This document shows, in pieces, positions 15,001 to 24,632 of a stretch of 64,000 nt of DNA. Made by a program: the position numbers and the translations under genes. The stretch lies in contig CM082595.2 of NCBI GenBank assembly GCA_040954595.2, forward strand, positions 6,624,193 through 6,688,192. Reading direction: 5' to 3'. How positions within the stretch are numbered: the first letter of the stretch is position 1; every line of letters begins with the position of its first letter. Under the pieces are notes generated by a model, which searched no databases, was not told the origin of the DNA, and worked only from the letters and a program-made list of their open reading frames with translations. Origin of the DNA: Balanoglossus misakiensis. Taxonomy: Eukaryota; Animalia; Hemichordata.

Positions 15001-16890
15001 ATGACCAAATTTTCAAAATTCGCAAAGTCGAAAAATCGTCGATTTCGGATGATTTTCATGGGCTATAACCCATGGTTTTTATCAAAAAATGAATAAATTT
15101 TCAAAATTCGCAAAGTCGAAAAATCGTCGATTTCGGATGATTTTCATGGGCTATAACCCATGGTTTTTATCAAAAAATAACCAAATTTTCATAATTCGCA
15201 AAGTCGAAAAATCGTCGATTTCGGATGATTTTCATGGGCTATAACCCATGGTTTTTATCAAAAAATGACCAAATTTTCATAATTTGCATAGTCGAAAAAT
15301 CGTCGATTTTGGATGATTTTCATGGGCTATAACCCATGGTTTTTATCAAAAAATGACCAAATTTTCAAAATTCGCAAAGTCGAAAAATCGTCGATTTTGG
15401 ATGATTTTTATGGGCTATAACCCATGGATTTTATCAAAAAATGACCAAATTTTCATAATTCGCAAAGTCGAAAAATCGTCGATTTCGGATGATTTTCATG
15501 GGCTATAACCCATGGTTTTTATCAAAAAATGACCAAATTTTCATAATTCGCAAAGTCGAAAAATCGTCGATTTCGGATGATTTTCATGGGCTATAACCCA
15601 TGGTTTTTATCAAAAAATGACCAAATTTTCATAATCCGCATAGTCGAAAAATCGTCGATTTCGGATGATTTTCATGGGCTATAACCCATGGTTTTTATCA
15701 AAAAAATGACCAAATTTTCATAATTCGCAAAGTCAAAAAATCGTCGATTTTGGATGATTTTCATGGGCTATAACCCATGGTTTTTATCGAAAAATGACCA
15801 AATTTTCATAATTCGCAAAGTCGAAAAATCGTCGATTTTGGATGATTTTCATGGGCTATAACCCATGGTTTTTATCAAAAAATGACCAAATTTTCAAAAT
15901 TCGCAAAGTCGAAAAATCGTCGATTTTGGATGATTTTCATGGGCTATAACCCATGGTTTTTATCAAAAAAATGACCAAATTTTCATAATTCGCAAAGTCG
16001 AAAAATCGTCGATTTTGGATGATTTTCATGGGCTATAACCCATGGATTTTATCAAAAAATGACCAAATTTTCATAATTCGCAAAGTCGAAAAATCGTCGA
16101 TTTTGGATGATTTCCATGGGCTATAACCCATGGTTTTTATCAAAAAATGACCAAATTTTCAAAATTCGCAAAGTCGAAAAATCGACGATTTTGGATGATT
16201 TTCATGGGCTATAACCCATGATTTTTATCAAAAAATGACCAAATTTTCATAATTCGCAAAGTCGAAAAATCGTCGATTTTGGATGATTTCCATGGGCTAT
16301 AACCCATGGTTTTTATCAAAAAATGACCAAATTTTCGAAATTCGCAAAGTCGAAAATTCGTCGATTTTGGATGATTTTCATGGGCTATAACCCATGGTTT
16401 TTATCAAAAAATGACCAAATTTTCATAATTCGCAAAGTCGAAAAATCGACGATTTTGGATGATTTTCATGGGCTATAACCCATGTTTTTTATCAAAGAAT
16501 GACCAAATTTTCATAATTCGCAAAGTCGAAAAATCGACGATTTTGGATGATTTTCATCAGCTATAACCCATGATTTTTTCCAAAAATCGACGAAATTTTG
16601 ACATTCCGCAAAGTCGAAAAATTGTCATTTTTTGATGATTTTCATGAGCTATAACCCATGATTTTTTTCAAAAATCGACGAAATTTTGACATTTCGCAAA
16701 GTCGAAAAATTGTCATATTTTGATGATTTTCATGAGCTATAACCCATGATTTTTTTCAAAAATCGACGAAATTTTGACATTTCGCAAAGTCGAAAAATTG
16801 TCATATTTTGATGATTTTCATGAGCTATAACCCATGATTTTTTTCAAAAATCGACGAAATTTTGACATTTCGCAAAGTCGAAAAATTGTC
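1..16890. repeat. 88-bp tandem satellite DNA array (~190 monomers; starts before the window)
   Basis: The monomer GATTTTGGATGATTTTCATGGGCTATAACCCATGGTTTTTATCAAAAAATGACCAAATTTTCATAATTCGCAAAGTCGAAAAATCGTC recurs with 88-nt period (positions 1, 89, 1321=1+15x88). Typical monomers differ by 0-2 substitutions, and a few are 87 or 89 nt. Confidence 0.99.
16555..16890. repeat. Diverged border subfamily of the 88-bp satellite (~4 monomers)
   Basis: Unit is GAGCTATAACCCATGATTTTTTTCAAAAATCGACGAAATTTTGACATTTCGCAAAGTCGAAAAATTGTCATATTTTGATGATTTTCAT. It has the same scaffold as the main array, many fixed differences, and ends abruptly at 16890. Confidence 0.9.
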
Positions 16891-17210
16891 ACCCACACAA
16901 AACTCGCAAACAAAACATGCACACAAAACTCGCAAATAAAAACTCGCAAACGAAAACTCGCAAACAAAACATCCACACAAAACTCGCAAACAAAAACTCG
17001 CAAACAAAAACTCACAAACAAAAACTCGCAAACAAAACATCCACACAAAACTCGCAAACAAAAACTCGCAATTAAAAAACTCGCAAACAAAAACTCGCAA
17101 ACAAAACTCGCAAACAAAACTCACAAACAAAAACTCGCAAATATAAACTCACAAACAAAAACTCGCAAACAAAACTCGCAAACAAAATTTCTCCACAAAA
17201 CTCGCAAACA
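16891..17210. repeat. A/C-rich 13-14 bp minisatellite (AAAACTCGCAAAC)n
   Basis: About 20 copies of AAAA(A)CTCGCAAAC interspersed with ACATCCACAC, directly abutting the satellite end. Confidence 0.95.
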
Positions 17211-17255
17211 CATAATTTTCTTAAAAATCAACAAGAAATTAATAGGGGTTTCAAA

Positions 17256-17515
17256 GGTAGAATGCGCCTAAAAAATCTAAGTCTTAAACATTTTCTCATT
17301 TTTTTTATTTGGTAAGAAATTGTGCGTCACTGTAATTTTAAATGAGGGAGCAAAACAATGTCAAATAATCCTAATTTTGAAATTTGAAATGGCCGAAGAT
17401 ATAAAGTAGTGAATCTTTTCTTTCCAATTTCAAAAAGACTTCTCACAAAGAATTGAAAAATTTAGTTTGGAGGGCTAACGATTTTTGGCAAATCTTTTCT
17501 GAGGCGCATTTTACC
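17256..17515. mobile_element. Degenerate MITE, possibly Kolobok-type
   Basis: Terminal inverted repeats GGTAGAATGCGCCT ... AGGCGCATTTTACC (1 mismatch). Right flank is TTAA; left flank is degenerate (CAAA). Confidence 0.55.
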
Positions 17516-17955
17516 TTAAAACTAAGGGCAAGCACCCCTCCCCCTTTAATTTAAATATTAGGGCCCCCAAGCTTCAACCAGGAGACATACAGGTACTGTT
17601 GAACACTTTATTTCCACTGGAACGGATTATTCGTGAAAACAAATTGAGATATTTTTTTGTCATTTTATTTTTAATACCTTAAGTAAAGTTCTAGCAGAAA
17701 TGAAAAGAATAAATATAATGCTCGAATTATTGGTTGCAACTAATGTAAGTGTGGTATTTGTGACTATTACGCATGAATGGATATGTCAAATTTCTATTCC
17801 TGGCCAGGTCCCAGTTTTTGTCACCCAAACTATTCTTGAAAACAATTTCCATTAAATTTGGATACATTGCATGAAATTATTTTCTTGTGCATCTACAGAA
17901 CATTGATGAGTCGGAAGTGCACATCAATTATACAATGAACAGTGAACACGATTAA

Positions 17956-18304
17956 AGGGACAAAGTCTCTCTCTCGCTGCCCTTTTTTCCATTAATTATG
18001 TTTGATACAAGACACTGTTTATGTTAATTTACATGTGGATATATAGTGAATCAACATTTTGACCACACAAAACTTCCACCCCACTTGTATGATATGAGAG
18101 TAAAAACTCGCCCAAAATGAATTAATGGTAAAGAACGATTATTCATTTTGGCGAGTTTTTTCACTCTCCTGTCTATAAGAGGGATAGAAGTTGTGTGTGG
18201 TTGAACGTTCATTCACTATATATCCACATGTAGAATAACAAATGGTGTCTTGTATCAAATATAATTAATGGAAAAAAGGGCAGCGAGATAGAGACTTTGT
18301 CCCT
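17956..18304. mobile_element. Palindromic (hairpin) MITE with TTAA TSD, Kolobok-like
   Basis: TTAA|AGGGACAAAGTCTCT...AGAGACTTTGTCCCT|TTAA. The arms are complementary over ~165 bp almost to the centre. TTAA with purine-purine termini fits Kolobok rather than piggyBac (CCY). Confidence 0.85.
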
Positions 18305-18656
18305 TTAACAGAAATCTGCAAATCATGGCATGTCTTGAAGGCATACGTCAAACGAGTGACTTCTCATAGTAACGCAGCCACCACTTGAGGGTGCTGTAAC
18401 GGGAGCTCTATCAAGCACTAATGTTTTTTACAAGGTAACAAAAATTCATGAATTATAAGTTATATTGCTACAAATTTACATTCCTAATTTAATAAATGCA
18501 ATCAGACAAACTGTTTTAAAACAAAAATTTAAAGAAACTTTCTTTTTCACCACAAGGTAGACAAAAACAGATTTTCAGTGCAATCGAACTAAAATTGTTT
18601 TGATAAAAGTAAAAGTTAAAACGCACTCATATTACCAGAATATGAACAAATGACTA

Positions 18657-18837
18657 GAGATGAATGAGCTGAACCTTTTAATTTTGATTGCTAAATGGTC
18701 TATTCACAAGTTTCACTGTGTGGAATTACACAAAGCTCGTTTGTATAATCTTGTACAGCATGAACTGAAAATTCGAATGCGTAATTTATTGTAGGTGTCA
18801 CATGTTTACGTGTACACAGCGTTAGATCACTCTGTAA

Positions 18838-18889
<52 letters not shown>

Positions 18890-18954
18890 ATTGTTGTTGT
18901 TGTTGTTGTTGTTCCTTTTTTTCCTTAAGAGATAATATAAAGATGTTAAAAAAA
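18657..18954 (+). mobile_element. 5'-truncated non-LTR retrotransposon (L1/Tx1-like 3' end)
   Basis: A 15-bp direct repeat ATGAACAAATGACTA lies at 18642-18656 and 18955-18969. The insert encodes ...LNLLILIAKWSIHKF...ELKIRMRNLL*, resembling an L1/Tx1 ORF2 C-terminus, then a (GTT)n-containing 3' UTR and a short poly(A). Confidence 0.8.
18838..18913. repeat. (GTT)n microsatellite
   Basis: About 25 TGT/GTT units inside the LINE 3' UTR. Confidence 0.95.
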
Positions 18955-19220
18955 ATGAACAAATGACTAAGGTCATCCCAATTCCATTACTGCAGATTGT
19001 TCTCTTCCTGTTGACATTCCACGTGGAGAATGGAGGACGAAGACTGCATATTCCTGTCTATATTATAAAATTAAGTATTCCTATAAATAATAGAAAGAGC
19101 GAAGCTTGGTTAGATATTTCTACAAAGAAGCAAATACTAGTATTCAAACATTTTGTTGCTGTATCAACATACAATGCATGATATATTATGTCAGTTTTGT
19201 TTATTTTTCGCAAGTTTGGT

Positions 19221-19501
19221 CAAAATCATCTATTAATAAAAGTTGTAAAATAGACAGATGCAAAGATTGCCCTAACCCTAACGTTAATTAATCAAGTCTC
19301 ACGAGAGCTCGCAATGGACGGAAAATAATCTATTCATAAAAATTGTAAAAGAAACACGTGCATAGATTATCCTAACCATTACGTTAATAATCAAGTCTCT
19401 TGAGATCACGCAATGGACGGAAAAATTCATAAAAATTGTAAAATAGACACGGGCATAGATTACGCTAACAGTAACGTTAATTAATCAAGTCTCATGAGAT
19501 C
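19221..19501. repeat. ~90-100 bp tandem repeat, 3 diverged copies
   Basis: Recurring ...AAAATTGTAAAATAGACA...CTAAC..TAACGTTAATTAATCAAGTCTCnnGAGA...GCAATGGACGGAAAA. Confidence 0.85.
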
Positions 19502-21594
19502 TTTAAGAGAAATTCACTATAAGGGTATACCGGAGGATATAAATTGCTAAGCCACGGTTGCTAAAGATAATTTTGAAAATCAAAATGTATAGTTTAAATG
19601 GTTTAAATGTCAAGTGACGTCACACATATGCAAATTTTCACAGCATCGAATTTCAAAGATTATTAGAAACGACAACTAAAAGAAATTCTGAATTTCGGTA
19701 TACCGATAGATTCAAATTGCAAAGGACGCGACTGCTAAAGATAATTTTAAAAATTAATCAAAATGTAAAGTTGTCATGATTTCCTTGCATAGTAACACCA
19801 CACCTATGCAAATTTGTTCAGCTACGTCCCAGCCTCTCAAATTTGCGCCAAATTTTGTTCAGAGCCCCCACCATAGGATATCATTTTGTGCAATTGCGCG
19901 CGTTTTGAACAATGCCAGCAACAGCAACCAACGCGCGCTCCGAATCCTTTGGTATTGTAACAGCATCTTGGGTAAGTGTCACACAAGAAATGAAGTATAC
20001 AATCAATAAAAGTTGCCAGGACTTACATGCTGATAAGGTTGGGATCAGCCGTGAAGATGCTCGGAACAGAAAGACAATAGTTCTTTGTGTCGAATTGTCA
20101 GTGACGCCAAAACCACACCCATCGAACCACGCCCAAACCCGTCGATCATATCTGCAAGCTTTGCGCTTAAAATTAAACGGAGCGAAATCAACACGGAGAT
20201 CGGGGCTAGTTTAACGGTGCAAGAACTGGCAATAGTATCCTTGTTGAAGTACATACCTGTTGTCGATGTGGTGTGCACGGATTCTTGCAGGGCGGCAAAA
20301 CTACTGCGATATTGTCACTTCGGTGCTGTCACTTACAATGATGATGGCCTCTCCTGGAGATCAGATGATACACGGCAATGAGTAAACTTACTATTTGCAT
20401 ATTCAAATTTTGACATCATACATTGACGACACGTGATTACAAATCTCTGCCAAAATATTCAAACATCGGGCCAACCGCCACTCCTCAACACCTTTCGTCA
20501 ATTAATTATTCGCACTATGAAGGCAGTACATTGTTAATGACACCTGGTTTCTTTGTTATAAGTAACAGTATTGGCTTATTAACAGTACTGATTGAGCATT
20601 ATATACTGTTGCTAAACCTGCGTCCGTGATTTTTTGTACTCAGACACAATTTGTTGCCGAAACCCAGTAACAAATTTTATGCGGGCGCTCCGGCTTGCTT
20701 CCTCCCTCTCTACGGACTAGGTATTGCCAGAGCGCCCACACACGACTGATTTTGAAAGTTTCAGCCCCGAGGTTTGCTGGGAGCGCCCGCACACGACTGA
20801 AACTGAAAGAATCAACCCTGTGCGGGCGCTTCAACTCGTCGTGTAAGACCCCAAGAGACAAGGCATTGCTAGATACCCCAGTCTGCCCGGGTTTTAACCA
20901 TGGACCTGTTTGTCCATTTTGAATGTGTCAGTTTTGTCAGAGAAAACTATTCCACTCTTGAAAACTAGACAAATACATCCGAAAACATCCGAACTCCTTG
21001 AAATCGAAACAAGAGGACTATTCCAAAAATCTTGAACGAGTCATGGAATATATATTGTTTGCATGTTAACAGGTGGACACTAAAGGAGAACTAGCAAAAT
21101 CGGAACATGAATGGTTTAAATCTATTAGAAAAGAAACTGTTCATTTAACTTTGTTAAGGGCAGGAGCTGTAACTTTTAAAATATGTTCATCAACCACGTG
21201 TCATTGATATTACTAGTACATTTGTAACTTACACGCAAAATGGTAAAGAATCTTGAAAGGAGAGAATGATTAAGCTATGTCTTTTTTGCAGCAACAAAGC
21301 ACTATGGGAGTGTTTGCTTGGAGGTTTAGTATTGATAGGGTTTTAATCGTTGGCAATAAGTAAAACTGTCCTCTCTATAATTTCCTAGTACTCCACGGCC
21401 TTAAGGCATAGACAGTTAAATTCGCAATAAAACTAGTTTATGGAACTCGATTGTTACTCTGTGGGGAATTATAAACCGCGCGGATGCGTGCATGTTTCTG
21501 TGTGTGTTTTCTTTACATCGATATCTCATGTGAGGCTGGTCACAATACTGTTCTAAGTATGACGTTTAGTTTTTTTTTATGTATTTTAATGTAA

Positions 21595-21868
21595 TGAGCT
21601 ATAACCCATGAAAAATGTCAAAAAGTGGCAAAAGCACCGAAATTCGCGAAGTCGAGAATCTGACATTTTTGACAGTTTTCATGGGCTTAAAACCCATGAA
21701 AAATGTTCAAAAGTGACAAAATCATCATAATTAGCAAAGTCGAGAATCTGACATTTTTTGACAATTTTCATGGGCTTTTATAACCCATTAAAAATGTCCA
21801 AAAATGTCAACATCGCTGAAATTCGCAAAGTCGAGAATTTGTCATTTTTTAACAATTTTCCTGAACTA
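21595..21868. repeat. Detached relic of the 88-bp satellite family (3 diverged monomers) followed by a TA/TATG microsatellite
   Basis: Shares CTATAACCCATG, ATTCGCAAAGTCGA and TTTTCATGGGCT, in the same orientation and with ~88-90 nt period. Confidence 0.9.
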
Positions 21869-24149
21869 TATATGTATGTATCTATATATATATACGTATC
21901 TATGTAATGAGCGGTTTCTATGGAAACTAGTATCCTTTTGTGGGCTTTGGGTGAATAATTCACAAGACGCTCGCGACGAAGGATTTTCAATGAGCGGTGA
22001 ACATGAGAGAAATTGCTCTTCACCGCTGAGCGAGCCGCAGAAAACAACTTTACGAGATTTGTTCGTGTTCTCTGTCGCCGCTAATGATCAATTTGGGCGG
22101 TTTTATTGAACGCGATCGAAGACACACTGACTTGACGATACCTTACCTGTTAACGAGCCCTGCTCATCAATTCCGCGCGCGATTGTTACAAAAAAATGGA
22201 CAAACAAGGAAATCCGAAGGCAGGCCTGGGAGATCCGTGCGAATATCAAAGAAGACGGATGGTTGCGCGGGCGACCTTTTTACCAGACGACAAAAAGTGT
22301 CATATCAAATGAGAGCGAATCTGTTATTCAGCTGTCACGCGCCGCGACTTCGGGTGATCTCTCGTCAAAGGTCAGACAATTTGGAGTGAAGCAGACAGAA
22401 ACCCCTTAAAAGTTGCCCTGATCATTCCTCGAATCCATCGCCGAGGAAAAAAAATGCCAAGATCGATGATGCGCCTTCTCGTAATAATGATCGTGCTGAC
22501 TCGCTAGCGTAGGTCCCCCCACACACACACTTTTTTGTTTCTATAAGTAACTCTGACTACATCTACTTCATAACTGAGCTGTGACTTGGGAAAAATTTAC
22601 CCAATCATAGTCTATTTGCGTCAGTGAAATCTAGTACATGAAAGATGTTTTGCGAGATTTGATGCGGTTTTCACAGAGGCCCAGGTCGTCAACTCACTGG
22701 CATATTATCGTTTTTACTTAGGGCTGGGACCCCTCCCCTCCCTCCCTCCCTCCCTCAAAGACGACTGTACTAGGCAATGTGCCACTGAACCAAGACAGTC
22801 GTGTGATATATTTTCTGTCACATTCTATCAAATTCCCTAACCCACAGTGGACATCAAAGGGCCACAACAATATTCGGACAAAAACCTCGAAATTATACCG
22901 TACATGTCCGAGTGCATATAGTTTCCGGAAATAAAAACTTCAAAAAAGTCAGATGACCATCAATTGTAGGCTATGAAGCAAACATGTACTATAAACTCCA
23001 ACGAACCATCTCTCGATTGAAAGTATTACTCATGAGAAATTTAAAAGGTTTTATCTTGATTCATATTGACATTTCTCTCAACAGGATGACATTTGATCAT
23101 TATTTATATTCAAGGAGAAGATATGCTCCCGTGTTAAGTATAGAAAAGGGATAACGCTTAAAGAACACTTCAACATAGAAAGTCGAATCTGAGTATTCAG
23201 AGATACGCCCCCACTGTTCACCATATAATGGAACTTTCTGCATAACATGTTAAGAATGTTATCGAATCGTGTAGTCTGTTGTATAACATCTTTCCGATGC
23301 GAACAGTGGGTTTGTGGTTAATCCTTAGTGAGCGAAGAAGTTGGGGAGGGGGAAGGAGGGGGAGGGGTGGAGGGAGCTAGTGGTAGAGACAGCAAGAGAG
23401 TGGGGAGCCGGAAGGGGGTGAGAGGAGGAGGGGAGAGGTAAAGAGTGACAGAGAGAACGAGCGAGAGAGAGGGAGAAAGAACTGAGGGGGTACGGGTGAG
23501 GGAGAGAGGGATTTTGATTGTGTTGAAGTATACATCTGCGGCTGTGCAGTTAAACATAGCGTTTTTTGTTCTCACTTTACTGTGTACGTGATTATAACCT
23601 TAGACCTCTGAAGACGATGGTTTGAAAATATGAGTTTTTCCAAGATAAACAACTTCTGCCAAAAATTTAAAAAAATAAAATCGCCGAAAGACAGTTATTA
23701 CTTTTTCGGATGAGTTCTTTTTCCCCTTAAGTAATTTTCTTTGTAGAAAAATCCAGATACATGCTTTCTATCTATCTACATTCGTAGATAGATAGAAATT
23801 ACACCACTTTTGAAAGGAATGAAGAAAATGGGGGTAAGGGTATTCAGATAATTCTCACTCACATGCACCACAGGCGAGTTTTTTTCACTGACAATGTTGG
23901 GCGCTCGCTCGCTGGAAGTAAATTTCATTCCACTGAAAAGATGACTGGGACGATAGGAAAGGCTTTGAAGGAAAGAAGACGGTATCCATGACATCGACTG
24001 CGCGTCTTCCATTTAGGCACAATGAATTGGAGCGGCTGATGCAAATAATGGCTTGTAAGGTATCTCCACGTAATAACGTCACGGGCGATACCTGAACACT
24101 GGCGGTTGTAAATTGGAATCCTGACATTAAAAAAAAATCGGCCTAACTA

Positions 24150-24511
24150 TTCCTCCGACGCCCGAGGAAATCGTTTGTCGGCGCTGAACGACTACAGTTG
24201 TCATTAAGGTAAATTGCGCGATACTTTACGAAAGCATCGCCCATTTCGACCGGATATGGATGGCTCGCGAGTCGGCTCATCCCAGTGAACGAGGCTGCTC
24301 ACAAAAGACAGGAGCGATTACAATAGCGGCTGTGGGCCATCGCTGGTGCCTGTGACGTAGGTTTGCAGAGAAGCCCTTGTGAGACGTGATCAGTGTGCAG
24401 TTACCAAGGGGATCGCGCAAGTAGGTACAGCCGCGTTTGTTTAGTTTTGCGCGTTCAGATTGAAGCAGTTCGCGCGTGCCCAGGCTGCAGACAACATACA
24501 AGCGCGCGGAC
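24150..24511 (+). promoter_or_regulatory. CpG-rich putative promoter / 5' UTR of M13 gene 1
   Basis: Local CpG enrichment immediately upstream of the candidate ATG; inference only. Confidence 0.4.
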
Positions 24512-24632
24512 ATGGACGGCGACGCCGAAGATAAGAGACAACTCGTGTTGGGAAATGTACGAATGAAGAGACAGGATGCGAAAGAGGGAAAACTTTACGG
24601 TTCACTAGTCAAAGGTGAAGACATCAAAGAAG
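24512..24632 (+). CDS. Putative first coding exon (cytoplasmic tail) of M13 gene 1
   Basis: GACATGG start context downstream of a CpG-rich stretch. Encodes [14 protein letters not shown]...[14 protein letters not shown] and ends at a phase-1 AG|GTAGG donor matching the phase-1 acceptor at 30155. Confidence 0.6.

Noticed and set aside
1-16890. CRISPR-like array of palindromic repeats
   Set aside because: No unique spacers, no cas genes, and the context is eukaryotic.
16818-17271. ORFs across the satellite/minisatellite junction
   Set aside because: Low-complexity repeat translations.
19269-19282. Telomeric repeat (CCCTAA)2
   Set aside because: Only two units inside another repeat; not a telomere array.
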